Notes: generated by a model from the letters alone, not told the origin. A stretch of 64,000 bases of DNA from an uncultured Candidatus Micrarchaeota archaeon (GCA_963760615.1 CAVXDX010000003.1:104718-168717), one strand, 5' to 3'; counted from the first letter of the stretch, positions 1 through 10,473 are shown. Translations and numbers: made by a program.

Positions 1-924
1 CCTGCCGCCCTTGCCTTTCTTGACGAAACCCAAATCCTCATAGGCAATTATCTCAGCAATGGTGAAGCAGTCATGCACTTCGCAGACGTCAATGTCATTG
101 GGCTTCATGCCGGCCATGTTGTATGCTTTCCTTGCGGCCTCCACAGTTGCATTCAAAGTTGTAAGAGATTTTCTGTGGTGGAGCGCAAGCGTGTCGCTTG
201 CCTGGCTGCTTGCAATTATCTCAACGGGCGTATCAGTATACTTTCTGGCTCTCTCAAGCGGGGTCAGTATTACCGCAGCCGCGCCATCGGTTATTGGGCT
301 GCAGTCATAGAGCTTCAAAGGCGATGCAACTTTCTTGGATTTCATGACATCCCTCACGCTTATCTCATTCTGGAAGTGCGCATAGGGGTTCTTCGAAGCA
401 TTGGAGTGGTTCTTCACAGCAACCATAGCCATCTGCTCCTCTGTTGTGCCGAACTCGTGCATGTGCCTCCTGGCCATGAAAGCATATAACGCAGGGAATG
501 TTGCTCCCATGAAGAGCTCCCATTCCTGGTCCCCAGCTCCTCCAAGGGCGACTGTTGCATCTCCTACGGGCACATCCGTCATCTTCTCAACTCCCCCGAC
601 AACTACAATGTCGTGCAGCCCGCTTCCTACAGCCAGATACCCTGTTCTCAGGGCAACTCCACCTGATGCGCATGCAGCCTCCACTCTTGTTGCGGGAATT
701 GGGTTTAACCCCATGTAGTCAGCAATGAGCGCAGTTATGTGCTCCTGCCCTATGAGTCTGCCGGCAGCCATCGTTCCCCCGTATATGGCATCTATCTCCT
801 TGCCGGACATGTTGGCATCTTCTATTGCCTTCACTCCTGCCTCGGCTATGAGGTCCCTGAAGCCTCTCTCCCAATCCTCTCCAAACTTGGTCATTGCCGC
901 TCCAACTATTGCAACCCTTCTCAT
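1..924 (-). CDS. acetyl-CoA C-acetyltransferase (archaeal thiolase), N-terminal part; C-terminus runs off the window
   Basis: Reverse-strand translation from ATG (complement of 922-924) gives [22 protein letters not shown]...AACASGG...[14 protein letters not shown], typical thiolase; sits directly downstream of HMG-CoA synthase as in the archaeal mevalonate cluster. Confidence 0.85.
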   Translation of the reverse strand, partial: MRRVAIVGAAMTKFGEDWERGFRDLIAEAGVKAIEDANMSGKEIDAIYGGTMAAGRLIGQEHITALIADYMGLNPIPATRVEAACASGGVALRTGYLAVGSGLHDIVVVGGVEKMTDVPVGDATVALGGAGDQEWELFMGATFPALYAFMARRHMHEFGTTEEQMAMVAVKNHSNASKNPYAHFQNEISVRDVMKSKKVASPLKLYDCSPITDGAAAVILTPLERARKYTDTPVEIIASSQASDTLALHHRKSLTTLNATVEAARKAYNMAGMKPNDIDVCEVHDCFTIAEIIAYEDLGFVKKGKGGR

Positions 925-933
925 GTCATCTAC

Positions 934-1980
934 CTACAATGTTTTTAGCTTCCTCCTCTGCTTGACGTAAAGGCCATAATCAAGATACTCCTTCTCTCCT
1001 ATGTACTGGAAGACCGTCCTGTTCTTCCCCCTCATCTCAAGAATCTTGTCAGTTACGACTATGCTGAATGAGTCACTACCGGCGCCGCTGCCAAAAGAAG
1101 TTAGAAGTATTCTGCTCCCAGGCTTAGCCACATCAAGAACAGATGCGAACCCTATGAGCGATGCAGCGGAGTAGGTGTTGCCTATCAATGGGGTCAGCAG
1201 CCCCTGCTTCACCTTGCTTGGGTCTATTCCAAGCATCTTGGCAACCTGAAGCGGGAATTTACCGTTTGGCTGGTGGAATACCGCATAATCAAAGTCCTCA
1301 GCCTTCAAACTCAGCTTCTCCATCAGCTCCTTTGATGCGCTGACAGTATGCTTGAAATATGCCGGCTCTCCTGTGAACCTCCCTCCATGGCTCGGGAAAT
1401 CCATCCCCGGCCTCCTCCAGAAGTCTGGCGTATCAGTAGTATAAGAGCACGTCCCTTCTATCTCTGCTATTATCTTATCCCTGCCAATGACGAATGCAGC
1501 GGCTCCTGCTCCTGCGCTGTACTCCAGAGCATCGCCAGGTCTTCCCTGGGAGATATCTGTTCCCACACCAAGCCCGTACTCAATCATGCCCGAGCTGCAC
1601 ATTCCCATGCAGCACTGAATTGCCGTTGTACCCGCCTTGCAGGCGAACTGCATGTCAACCGCAGTGAGGTGTGGTGTCGAGCCAACTGCCTCTGCAACAA
1701 TTGTCGCCGTTGGCTTGACTGCATAGGGATGTGACTCAGAGCCGATGAATATTGCCTTTATCCTCTTTGGGTCGATGCCACAACGTCGTATGGCATTCCT
1801 GCTTGCCTCAACAGCCAGTGTGGCGGCATCCTCATCCATCCCCGGGACACTCTTCTCTATTATTCCCAGTCCATCCGCCCCTCCCTCCTCCCCCCATACC
1901 CTTGCTATCTCCGTAGCCTTAATTCTGTAGCGCGGTATGTGAACTCCGTAGCCTACTATACCAATCATATTCTCCCTCAA
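934..1980 (-). CDS. archaeal-type hydroxymethylglutaryl-CoA synthase
   Basis: 348 aa, N-terminus [16 protein letters not shown] characteristic of archaeal HMGCS (UPF0219 group); adjacent to thiolase. Confidence 0.8.
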   Translation of the reverse strand: MRENMIGIVGYGVHIPRYRIKATEIARVWGEEGGADGLGIIEKSVPGMDEDAATLAVEASRNAIRRCGIDPKRIKAIFIGSESHPYAVKPTATIVAEAVGSTPHLTAVDMQFACKAGTTAIQCCMGMCSSGMIEYGLGVGTDISQGRPGDALEYSAGAGAAAFVIGRDKIIAEIEGTCSYTTDTPDFWRRPGMDFPSHGGRFTGEPAYFKHTVSASKELMEKLSLKAEDFDYAVFHQPNGKFPLQVAKMLGIDPSKVKQGLLTPLIGNTYSAASLIGFASVLDVAKPGSRILLTSFGSGAGSDSFSIVVTDKILEMRGKNRTVFQYIGEKEYLDYGLYVKQRRKLKTL

Positions 1981-2657
1981 AGCTTCTTCAGCCTATCAAG
2001 CAGGTCGTTTATTCCGAGCTTTGTGGTAACTATAGGAACCCTCTCCTTCTGCGCTATCTTGAGCGCAAGCTTGTCCACGCTGTCAATCCTGTGAAGCACC
2101 ACAAGGCTTGGCTTCATCTGACTGACTCTTACTACCACCATGGGGGACCTGCCTGTGCTGACCTTGGTGAAAATGAACGCCCTCTCGGGGCTTGCCCCGA
2201 AAAGCTTTGGAAACTCGCTGTAGGGCATCTCAACTATGACCTTTATGCTGTCAAGCAAAGTAAAGCCGTACAGCTTCTTCTCAGGCAGCACGTCCTCATT
2301 TACAACTGCCTTTCCTTCTATTATCTTTGTGAAGCTGTCAGCCGTTATGCTTGTTGCAAACTCATGCGTCTCGTAGAAAATCCCGCCTTCCGTATCCTCC
2401 CTGAACCGCTGGGAGATTTGTCCACCCCTTACAGAATCAATGTCAATGAGCGCATCAACTAACCTCTTTATCACCTTTATGCCTGGTGAATCCCTTCTGT
2501 CCCCCTCATAATCGCTTATTGTTGAAGCTGATATCTTGAGGTGCTTGCCAAGCTCGGCCTGCGTTATCTCGAATATCTCTCTCCACTTCTTCATTGTCTT
2601 TCCAGGAGTATCCGAGAGTGTTATCTCCCCGGCCATCTTCACTGCGAACTTTTCCAT
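1977..2657 (-). CDS. HTH XRE-family transcriptional regulator with C-terminal domain of unknown function
   Basis: [21 protein letters not shown] helix-turn-helix near the N-terminus; 226 aa. Confidence 0.6.
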   Translation of the reverse strand: MEKFAVKMAGEITLSDTPGKTMKKWREIFEITQAELGKHLKISASTISDYEGDRRDSPGIKVIKRLVDALIDIDSVRGGQISQRFREDTEGGIFYETHEFATSITADSFTKIIEGKAVVNEDVLPEKKLYGFTLLDSIKVIVEMPYSEFPKLFGASPERAFIFTKVSTGRSPMVVVRVSQMKPSLVVLHRIDSVDKLALKIAQKERVPIVTTKLGINDLLDRLKKL

Positions 2658-2759
2658 ACCTAAGAATTAGGGGAAATAAGTTATTTAAGCTTATCGAACA
2701 TATGTTCGTTAGATAACGTTATAATCAGGTTTTTATACTGAGATTTGCATAAATAAAGC

Positions 2760-3674
2760 ATGCTGAAAGAGTCCGCCAAAAATGATGCCGCGCAGAGCAA
2801 ACCCGAGATTCGGGAAGAGGAGTGGAACTTTACTAGAAAGGGAGACGCAATAGCACTCATAGAGAAACGCCTGAAAGCAGACAACAAAGAACCCTACTCC
2901 TTGTCCATCTACCTGCCGAACGAAAAAATTCAGATGTTTGGCTATAAAAAGGTTGCAACTATTTGGTCAATGCCTGGTTTTATAGTCCACGTATGCAATG
3001 ACAAAAGCGAGTCTAGCGTTGAATATACCTTTGGAATAGACATATGCAAAAAACTTGGCGGGTCAGGTTTCAGTGAATCTCTCATAGAAGATATGCTTAC
3101 AAAGAATGCTGAAAAGCTTCATGGTGATTCTAAATTTGATGCAATTGCAGTTGTAGCCACAGTCATGAACAAGCTAGAAATCCACCTAAATGCGCCGCTC
3201 TCGAAGATGATGGATACAACTTTAGTGTTTGGGTCAGCAAGAGAGTTCAAGGAGCAGCTTCATGCAATACTGGAGCTTGAAAAATTTGAGGGGAAAGGAA
3301 TTTTACCTAAAAACGCAGTCCGTGAAGTTCTTGCAAATATACGCACAGATCAACTTGTGCTGGCATGCAGAGAGTATGAATTTGAGAAGCAGCGTATTAT
3401 CGCCTCTGACTGGTTAAGGAGGGAGAGGAATATAAAAGATCAATTACGCTCTTTTCTGGATAAATGGGAGAATATCCGTAACCCTCAGCTCAAGTCTGAT
3501 GAACTCAAGAAGGAGGTTGAGTATTTAGGTGCAGATATCTGCGAGCTCGGCTTACGGAGGAGGATACTCGGCTACAGCGGAGATGAATACATGCAAATGC
3601 GGCGCTCCAACCTAGAAGAAACTCTCAGGTGTGTTAAAAAAATTGGTGAAGCTGATGAATCTAGTAAACCTTGA
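2760..3674 (+). CDS. hypothetical protein
   Basis: 304-aa ORF with no recognisable motif, divergent from the HTH regulator; AT-rich promoter region at 2658-2759. Confidence 0.45.
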   Translation: MLKESAKNDAAQSKPEIREEEWNFTRKGDAIALIEKRLKADNKEPYSLSIYLPNEKIQMFGYKKVATIWSMPGFIVHVCNDKSESSVEYTFGIDICKKLGGSGFSESLIEDMLTKNAEKLHGDSKFDAIAVVATVMNKLEIHLNAPLSKMMDTTLVFGSAREFKEQLHAILELEKFEGKGILPKNAVREVLANIRTDQLVLACREYEFEKQRIIASDWLRRERNIKDQLRSFLDKWENIRNPQLKSDELKKEVEYLGADICELGLRRRILGYSGDEYMQMRRSNLEETLRCVKKIGEADESSKP

Positions 3675-4281
3675 CAGCTGGGGCAGCTACAGCAGGGCAT
3701 TTGATGAATCTTTCAAAGCAATAACTTTGGGCGGCATGATAATCTACCCAACTGATACGCTGTACGGAATCGGAGCGAATGCCACAGACGCCAATGCCGT
3801 GAGAGCAGTTAATGAAGCAAAGAAGAGGGAGAACAAGCCTATCTCTGTGGTTGTCTCAGACTTCAGCATGATGAAAAAGTACTGCAAAGTTGAATCTGTC
3901 TCATTTGCATTGCTGCAGCAGCTTTTTCCAGGCCCGGTCACAGGTATATTCCACAAGAGATATGACTTTCCAAGCGAGATAACCAAAACGGATACAATAG
4001 CAGTACGAATACCCTGCCACCAGTTTGCCGTTTCTCTCGTCAGAAAGCTCGACTTCCCAATAACCTCGACAAGCGCAAACTTCTCAGGAGGAAAACCCCC
4101 GAGCGCGGTTGATGAAATACCAGAGAAACTTAAGGAGGTAGCCGCTGTGGTTGTTGACGGTGGGAAATGCCACCATTGCCTGGAGTCAACCATAGTTGAT
4201 TTCACCTCCGAAGTCCCAAAGATAACCAGGAAAGGAGCGAGCTTTGGGGATGTAGACGAGAGACTCAAAGAAGCAGTATAA
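3655..4281 (+). CDS. tsaC: L-threonylcarbamoyladenylate synthase (Sua5/YrdC/TsaC family)
   Basis: YPTDTLYGIGANA motif and overall YrdC-like sequence; alternative start at 3631. Confidence 0.75.
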   Translation: MNLVNLDSWGSYSRAFDESFKAITLGGMIIYPTDTLYGIGANATDANAVRAVNEAKKRENKPISVVVSDFSMMKKYCKVESVSFALLQQLFPGPVTGIFHKRYDFPSEITKTDTIAVRIPCHQFAVSLVRKLDFPITSTSANFSGGKPPSAVDEIPEKLKEVAAVVVDGGKCHHCLESTIVDFTSEVPKITRKGASFGDVDERLKEAV

Positions 4282-4342
4282 CAAATATAAGCTCTTATTA
4301 CAACATCTTATACAAGCAATAGCTGAAGCATTGCAGTCCTAA

Positions 4343-5188
4343 GTGGTTGCCATGTCATCTCAAACAGAGGAAGTTGAAGGCGGATACAGATTCCTTTCAG
4401 CCGTGCTGTTCCTTCTTGTAGCACTGCCTTTGGCAGGCTATGCAATTTTCCCAGATAACTACTATGCCGCATATCTCTCCTATCCCGCCCGCATACTTCT
4501 AGTGCCAATCCACGAGTTGGGCCATACCCTACTACTAATTTTTACAGAGTTTTTCAGGCTGCCCTACAGCTACATGGATATACCCATCAGAATGGCAGGA
4601 TCCGCCTTTGAAGTTTTCGTGCCGTTCGCTTTTGTGTTCCTCTTCATCTTCGGGAGCCGAAGGTATGCACTTGCGTGCCTCATCCTTGTTGTGGCAGGAA
4701 CTGCTCTAATCGATGCCGGGGCGTATGTCAAAAGCGCTCAAAACCCATCTGGAAGCGGCTTTAATCAACTTATGGAAACTACCGCGGTGAACCCTGCGAA
4801 CCACGACTGGTACAGAGTGCTGAGCAACTACAATGCTCTGGATAAGGCTGATTTACTGGGTGAGATAATAATGGGCCTTGGGTTCGTGATCACCCTCATG
4901 GGATTCTTCTCTTCAGTCTTTGAGGTGAACCTCATCCTGAACTACCGCCAGAGCTCGGATTTTATTCTGCTCCTGCTCTACGGCTCCATCCCTGCAACAA
5001 TACTGTCCATTGCCTATTTCAAAATTTTCAGAGTCGTTTTTGCTATTCTGATCTTCATACCCATAATAATCCACTTCTACACAAGAATCCTTCCTAAGTT
5101 GAAGGAGGAGATGAAGGAAGTTGATGAGGAGATTGAGAAAGATGAAGAGGATGCTGCAGAATCCATTCAGAATCCCAAGGCGCAGTAA
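4343..5188 (+). CDS. polytopic membrane protein with HExxH motif (putative membrane zinc metallopeptidase)
   Basis: HELGH motif next to a predicted TM helix; several hydrophobic segments; acidic C-terminal tail. Confidence 0.45.
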   Translation: MVAMSSQTEEVEGGYRFLSAVLFLLVALPLAGYAIFPDNYYAAYLSYPARILLVPIHELGHTLLLIFTEFFRLPYSYMDIPIRMAGSAFEVFVPFAFVFLFIFGSRRYALACLILVVAGTALIDAGAYVKSAQNPSGSGFNQLMETTAVNPANHDWYRVLSNYNALDKADLLGEIIMGLGFVITLMGFFSSVFEVNLILNYRQSSDFILLLLYGSIPATILSIAYFKIFRVVFAILIFIPIIIHFYTRILPKLKEEMKEVDEEIEKDEEDAAESIQNPKAQ

Positions 5189-5914
5189 ATGAAGAGCAGA
5201 AAAAAACCACGGATAGCAGTCAGGATTGTGCTCGTAGAGCCCGAGTACGAGATAAACCTAGGGCATGCCGCCCGCGTTATGGCAAACTTCGGTTTTGATG
5301 AACTCTACATTGTAAACCCAAAGGTTGAGATTGGGTTCAACGCAAGGATGTTCGCAAAGCACGCCTTGCCCATTCTTCAAAAAGCAAGAGTTGTTGCAAG
5401 GCTGGAGGAGGCATTGACAGGCTGTGACTTCGTTGTTGGAACAACTGGTATAGTGGGCAGGAGCAGAAATGTAATACGCAACCCCGTAACACCTGCGAAA
5501 TTTGCAAATGATGCGAGCAAGCTTAGCGGAAAGTTCGCCCTGCTCTTCGGCAGGGAGGGCACTGGCCTGAGCAGGGATGAAATCAAGAGATGTGATTTCC
5601 TTGTAACCATACCAGCAAACGAGAATTACCCAGTTCTCAACCTCTCCCACGCGCTTGCAATTGTGCTCTACGAGCTTGCCTCAAACAAGGAGCAGGTGAT
5701 GATAGCAACTGCAAGCGGGGAGGAGAAGGAGATGCTCATACGCTGCTTCAACAGCATTGTGGACAACTTCTCAAAACAGCTCAGGAGTCCCGACAAGATA
5801 AAGCAGTCCTTCAAAAGAGTGATTGGCAGGTCCCTCATATCAGATGTTGAGGCTGCCGCCATACTATGCGTGCTCCAGAGAATAAGAAAGAAGTTAAAAA
5901 TAAAAAGACTCTAA
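5189..5914 (+). CDS. SpoU/TrmH-family RNA 2'-O-methyltransferase (TrmJ-like)
   Basis: IVLVEPEYEINLGHAARVMANFGF and FGREGTGLS...IPANENYPVLNLSHALAIVLYEL SPOUT motifs. Confidence 0.75.
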   Translation: MKSRKKPRIAVRIVLVEPEYEINLGHAARVMANFGFDELYIVNPKVEIGFNARMFAKHALPILQKARVVARLEEALTGCDFVVGTTGIVGRSRNVIRNPVTPAKFANDASKLSGKFALLFGREGTGLSRDEIKRCDFLVTIPANENYPVLNLSHALAIVLYELASNKEQVMIATASGEEKEMLIRCFNSIVDNFSKQLRSPDKIKQSFKRVIGRSLISDVEAAAILCVLQRIRKKLKIKRL

Positions 5915-6279
5915 GCTTTCTTCCTTGACTTGACAATCTTCACTTTTGCCGGAGTCAGAAGAATCTTGTCGTTATCTATTCTCGCTATGTCGCCGTCAAT
6001 CTTCATCACGAAGCCCTTCATGCTTGAGACAATCGTCTTCAGCTTCGCTGTGTTTCTCGACATTGGAGCCACATTCAGCAATATTATGTTCCTCTGCCTC
6101 AGCTCATTCTCAATGACCTTCACGTCCTCCTCGCTCTCAAGGGCCACTGGCTTCACGTAGAAATCGGCAGCCTCGTGCAGCACATCCACATTCTCGAGTT
6201 CCACGGTGTCCATGTATTCCTCAATATCCATGTCCTTGCTTATTCCCAGCGCCTTTGACAACTTCTGAAGTATCCCCAT
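5911..6279 (-). CDS. sepF: cell division protein SepF-like (DUF552)
   Basis: 122 aa, MGILQKL...KPVALESEEDVKVIENELRQRNIILLNV typical of archaeal SepF; divergent from orc1. Confidence 0.65.
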   Translation of the reverse strand: MGILQKLSKALGISKDMDIEEYMDTVELENVDVLHEAADFYVKPVALESEEDVKVIENELRQRNIILLNVAPMSRNTAKLKTIVSSMKGFVMKIDGDIARIDNDKILLTPAKVKIVKSRKKA

Positions 6280-6519
6280 GTTTTCACCCCTTTCGAATGC
6301 AACAGTTTAACTTTTCATAAGGGGGTTTAAATACTTTTCTTCTCCACCTCACTCGTTAGCCTTTTAAGTAAAGGAATATCCAAATTAAACACGCAGATTA
6401 CCTAGCTAGAAAAAGCGAAGAGAATTTATCAGATAAACCTGCAAAGAAAAAAATTAAAATAAGCTGAGACGTAGTTCGTAAGCCTTAATAACCTTTTCAC
6501 CTAAAACTACTATTCCTTC
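6280..6519. promoter_or_regulatory. candidate replication origin region (divergent sepF/orc1 intergenic region with AT-rich DUE and ORB-like repeats)
   Basis: TTTTCACC at 6281 and 6493 (GGTGAAAA on the other strand) and CGTGGTGAAC at 6508 in inverted orientation around AAAGAAAAAAATTAAAATAAG; directly upstream of orc1/cdc6. Confidence 0.4.
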
Positions 6520-7734
6520 GTGGTGAACTTAATCGGTGGTTATTTGTTAAGCTCTTTCCAGGACATACTCTCGCGGAGCAGCATCTTCAGAGACAGGAAT
6601 ACGCTCTCTCCGCACTACATACCATCAACACTTCCGCACAGGGAGAAGGAGATAGGCATAGTGATGTCTGCAATCTCTCCAGCGCTGAAAGGAGAGAAGC
6701 CCAGGAGTATGTTCATATACGGCAAAACAGGAACTGGGAAGACCTCCTGCGTGAAATACGTGATGGAGAGATTTGAGGAGATGAAGAGCGGCACGGCAAG
6801 AATGTGCTATGTGAACTGCAGGATATACAACACGCGCTACAGGGTCTTCCACAAGCTTATGAAGGACAGCCTTCCGGAGTTTGCCAAGACGGGATACGGC
6901 CTTTCCTTCTTCTATGAGAAGATGATTGATTTGTTAGATGCGAATGGGACCAACATGGTGATAGTGCTTGATGAGGTTGACATGGTGAGGGATTTGGACG
7001 ATTTGATATACACCCTCACAAGGGCGAATGACGATTTGAAGAAAGGCGGAATGTCAATAATCGGGATTTCAAACAAGCTTTCGTTCAAGGAGAGGCTTGA
7101 CCCAAGGAGCAGGAGCACTCTCTACGAAACTGAGATAGTGTTTCCTCCCTATACTTCAAACCAGCTTAAATCCATTCTTGAGCAGAGAGTGAAGCTAGGC
7201 TTCTCCGAGGGAGCTGTTGATGATTCGGCAATAAACCTGGCATCAGCCATGGCGGCACAGGACAATGGGGATGCGCGCTATGCCCTCAAGCTCATACTGA
7301 GGGCTGCCGAGATAGTTGATGAGGAAGGCGCAGGAGTTGTATCCGAGAGGTATGTAACCGCAGCCAGAAAATCGGTTGACGAGGACGTCTCCATTGAGGC
7401 GATAAGCACACTGCCGCAGCACCAGCAGATAGTGCTTTACTCCATAGCATCTCTCTCCATGGACGGAGGGCGCTACTCCAAGCTAAACGGGAATACCGAG
7501 AACTACCTCCTATCAGGGGAAGTCTATGAAACCTACCTCAGGGATTCGAGAAATTTCAAAAAAGAAGCAAGGAGCGCCCGCTGGTACCGCGAATATCTCA
7601 ATGAGCTTGAGATGCTGGGGCTGATAACCACCGTTGAATCCGGTAAGGGCATGAGAGGGCACACGAGACTTGTTAAGCTCGCCTACTCCCCAGCCAAGGT
7701 CAAGAGCATCATTGAGAAAAATATCCTGGAGTGA
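6520..7734 (+). CDS. orc1: Orc1/Cdc6 replication initiator
   Basis: LSPHYIPSTLPHREKEI N-terminus, Walker A GKTGTGKT, winged-helix C-terminus. Confidence 0.9.
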   Translation: MVNLIGGYLLSSFQDILSRSSIFRDRNTLSPHYIPSTLPHREKEIGIVMSAISPALKGEKPRSMFIYGKTGTGKTSCVKYVMERFEEMKSGTARMCYVNCRIYNTRYRVFHKLMKDSLPEFAKTGYGLSFFYEKMIDLLDANGTNMVIVLDEVDMVRDLDDLIYTLTRANDDLKKGGMSIIGISNKLSFKERLDPRSRSTLYETEIVFPPYTSNQLKSILEQRVKLGFSEGAVDDSAINLASAMAAQDNGDARYALKLILRAAEIVDEEGAGVVSERYVTAARKSVDEDVSIEAISTLPQHQQIVLYSIASLSMDGGRYSKLNGNTENYLLSGEVYETYLRDSRNFKKEARSARWYREYLNELEMLGLITTVESGKGMRGHTRLVKLAYSPAKVKSIIEKNILE

Positions 7735-8325
7735 CTACCAGCCAACCAGCTCTTTCCTGCTTCCAAATACAGCAACCAGCACAAGCAACGGTCCTATAAC
7801 CATAATCCCGTAGAATAAGCTCACATTACTCGTTGGGTTGTCCCTAAAAAACTCTATACCCCCTGGGAGGTTCATCGCTCTCATCAGCTCAACAATGAAA
7901 GTGATGACAGATATGATAATGCCCGCTCTGTATGACCACTTATTTGTTGTCGCAAGCCCCGCCCCAAGGGCGAGGGAGGCAAGCCCAATGGCAAGGGAAG
8001 GTGCTTCAGAAAGCAGCGAATTGTTAAACGTTTCATGCAAACCAATAGAATTGTTGTAGACGAATACGGGTAGGTACCCCAGCAGCTGGTACGAATCGTG
8101 CAAACTGACAATTGCTATAAGAAGCGCAAGCAGGCTGGCCGCAAGAATCTTTAAAGTCAACGATTTTACAGTCTCCTCACGGACTTCTTTTACTATCTCC
8201 TTAAGGCAATCATAGCAGTAAGCCTTGTCGTCTATAAGCTCAACGCATGCTAGGCAGAAATGCTTCTTGCATCTCGCGCACTTGTAGATGCCCTCCTTTC
8301 CTGGGTGGTTGATGCATTCAGCCAA
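7735..8325 (-). CDS. membrane protein with N-terminal zinc-finger (Cys cluster) domain
   Basis: CxxC...CxxC...CxxC N-terminal region followed by hydrophobic helices. Confidence 0.45.
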   Translation of the reverse strand: MAECINHPGKEGIYKCARCKKHFCLACVELIDDKAYCYDCLKEIVKEVREETVKSLTLKILAASLLALLIAIVSLHDSYQLLGYLPVFVYNNSIGLHETFNNSLLSEAPSLAIGLASLALGAGLATTNKWSYRAGIIISVITFIVELMRAMNLPGGIEFFRDNPTSNVSLFYGIMVIGPLLVLVAVFGSRKELVGW

Positions 8326-8331
8326 CTTATC

Positions 8332-8562
8332 TCACCTATTGTACTTGGCCATTGCTCTTTTCCTCTTCTTCTCATATATCCCTAGGCTCTTTCCGCAGCT
8401 TGGGCAGTAGTAAAACTTCCTTCTCTCCATGAGCTTCACATCATCCGCAGTTTTCAAATCAGTGCTGAAAACCATGGACCTCTCATAGGTGACCGCTTTT
8501 CCTCTCGGGAGCCTCCTGCCGCATGCCCCGCAGATAACCATATGGTCTCTTCCCCTCATCAA
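8332..8562 (-). CDS. small zinc-ribbon protein, ribosomal protein S26e-like
   Basis: 76 aa; CGACGRRLPRGKAV ... YYCPSCG resembles the S26e Cys pattern; GAGGTGA RBS 4 nt upstream of ATG. Confidence 0.35.
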   Translation of the reverse strand: MMRGRDHMVICGACGRRLPRGKAVTYERSMVFSTDLKTADDVKLMERRKFYYCPSCGKSLGIYEKKRKRAMAKYNR

Positions 8563-8563
8563 C

Positions 8564-9313
8564 TCACCTCTGCTTTATATCTCCTATCTTACCAAGGCCT
8601 ATTCCATTCAATAGAAATGTTTCTGCACCACCCAATTTAAACATTTCATTTCTAAAGAACGGTCCGAGCAGATCCCTCTCCTTTACAGCGTTGAACACCA
8701 TCCCCCCAACCAGCTCGCTGAAAGCCGGCATAATCACCACTTTCATCCTCATGTTAAAGTTTGAATATTTTTTCTCCACCTTCTTCGCCTCAAGCCTGCC
8801 AACAACCCATACCCTCTTGATGCTCCTGTAGCCCATCCTATCCACAAGCTCCACGCAGGGGTGGTTGTGGGCGAGCACAAGCCAGTCCGCTTCCATCATT
8901 TTTTCAGAGGGCCAAGCATGCCCGTGGTTTAGAGAAATGCTTTCTCTCCGCACTCCGGCTGCATCGTGGACCTCAATTCCCTCAGCGATTTCTCTTATGC
9001 CTCCGTCATGGTTTCCCATGACTACTGACACCCTGACTCTCTCGTTTATCTCCCTCAGAAACCTGCTGAGCCTATCCCTTTCAGGGAATTGCATATTCGG
9101 TATGTCATGCTTAACATCGCCAAGCAGCACAAGCTCATTGCAATGCGTCTCTTCAATAAGGTTCAGAAGCCTGTCCCCTGTCTTGTCAAAAAGATTCATC
9201 TCTATACTGCTGCCGAATATGCTTCTCTCTATGCCAAGGTGCAAATCCGCAACAACCAGCATCCTATTATAAAGCAGCGCCGGCTCATTGCAGATGAACT
9301 TTAACTCATCCAT
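8564..9313 (-). CDS. calcineurin-like metallophosphoesterase
   Basis: LVVADLHLG, LLGDVKHD, GNHDGG motifs; start placed at MDELKF (track ORF extends to 9427 with an implausible N-terminus). Confidence 0.65.
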   Translation of the reverse strand: MDELKFICNEPALLYNRMLVVADLHLGIERSIFGSSIEMNLFDKTGDRLLNLIEETHCNELVLLGDVKHDIPNMQFPERDRLSRFLREINERVRVSVVMGNHDGGIREIAEGIEVHDAAGVRRESISLNHGHAWPSEKMMEADWLVLAHNHPCVELVDRMGYRSIKRVWVVGRLEAKKVEKKYSNFNMRMKVVIMPAFSELVGGMVFNAVKERDLLGPFFRNEMFKLGGAETFLLNGIGLGKIGDIKQR

Positions 9314-9411
9314 GACAATACTATACAACCATGAAAATAAATCAATAGCGGTTGGATGAAAAGCTGGAGCGAGCTGCAAATTTTTATTAACTACCATCCA
9401 AAAACACCACC

Positions 9412-10473
9412 ATGGCATTTTCACCAAGTTTCAAGGTCATGGGCATAGAAATAGAGCTGCACTGGAGCCTCCTGCTCTTGCTCCTGCTCATATTTGCTTC
9501 CGAAGGAATTGACGCCGCCCTGTCCATCCTGCTCATCTTCACATTTGTCGTTCTGCATGAGCTCTCCCACTCCTATGTTTCAATTAAAAACGGGATTGAA
9601 GTCAGAAAAATAACCCTCTTCCCAATAGGCGGCATGGCTACCATTGAGGATGTTTTCATACCCCCGGATGTTGAGTTCAAGCTCGCCATAGCAGGACCGC
9701 TCTTCAACTTTGCAGTCATCGCCATTGCGCTGCCCCTCACCCTTCTGGTAACCAGCGAGCCAATAAGCTCATTCCTCTGGATTATTATTGAGATAAATCT
9801 TGTGCTCGGAATTTTCAACCTTCTGCCTGCCATCCCTCTAGACGGGGGGCGAGTCTGGAGGAGCTGGAGAGAGAAGAAGGTTGGTCACCTCAGGGCAACA
9901 GTTGACGCTGTGAAACTCAGCAGATTTACTGCCATACTGCTCCTCTCGATTTCGCTAATAATCGGATTTGTGCAGGATGACTTCGCTCTCCTTGTATGGA
10001 ATTTCCTGATATCCGCTGTCATCTACCTCGGCTCTCAAGCCGAGCTTAGCGTCGCGCTGCTCAAGGATTCTGCGAAAGGTCTTTTTGTGAGGGATGCCAT
10101 GAATTTCTCAACTGTCTCACTGCACCCCAGTTCAACATTGAGGGAGGCATCCTCGCTGATGCATGCGACACGCTCGCCCGTAATTATTGTATCGAGCAAG
10201 CCTATAAAACTCCTCAGCTACAGGAATCTTCTGGAAATTGAAAAGAATAAGTGGGACAATGTAAAGGCACTGGACGTTGCCCAAACCTCACCAGTATGCA
10301 GCATGGACGAGCCTATCCTTGACGCATGGAAGAAGATGAAATCAGCAGATGTGCCTATACTGCCTGTTTTGTTTGATGGCGGACTTGTAGGGACAGTAAG
10401 TGAGATTGACATAGAAAAGCTCCTCGTGCTGAATAGATTGCGGGTTGATTTCCCTGAAAAGGTTGAAAACTGA
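9412..10473 (+). CDS. site-2 protease (peptidase M50) with C-terminal tandem CBS domains
   Basis: HELSH motif in a TM helix, LPAIPLDGG motif, C-terminal CBS-like repeats. Confidence 0.8.
   Translation: MAFSPSFKVMGIEIELHWSLLLLLLLIFASEGIDAALSILLIFTFVVLHELSHSYVSIKNGIEVRKITLFPIGGMATIEDVFIPPDVEFKLAIAGPLFNFAVIAIALPLTLLVTSEPISSFLWIIIEINLVLGIFNLLPAIPLDGGRVWRSWREKKVGHLRATVDAVKLSRFTAILLLSISLIIGFVQDDFALLVWNFLISAVIYLGSQAELSVALLKDSAKGLFVRDAMNFSTVSLHPSSTLREASSLMHATRSPVIIVSSKPIKLLSYRNLLEIEKNKWDNVKALDVAQTSPVCSMDEPILDAWKKMKSADVPILPVLFDGGLVGTVSEIDIEKLLVLNRLRVDFPEKVEN

Noticed and set aside
59-970. Plus-strand ORFs (59-310, 73-489, 401-718, 725-970)
   Set aside because: They are antisense to the clearly recognisable thiolase gene on the minus strand and have no motifs, so they are spurious.
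1161-1930. Plus-strand ORFs overlapping the HMG-CoA synthase gene
   Set aside because: They are antisense to a well-supported CDS and have low-complexity, Ser/Pro/Cys-rich composition.
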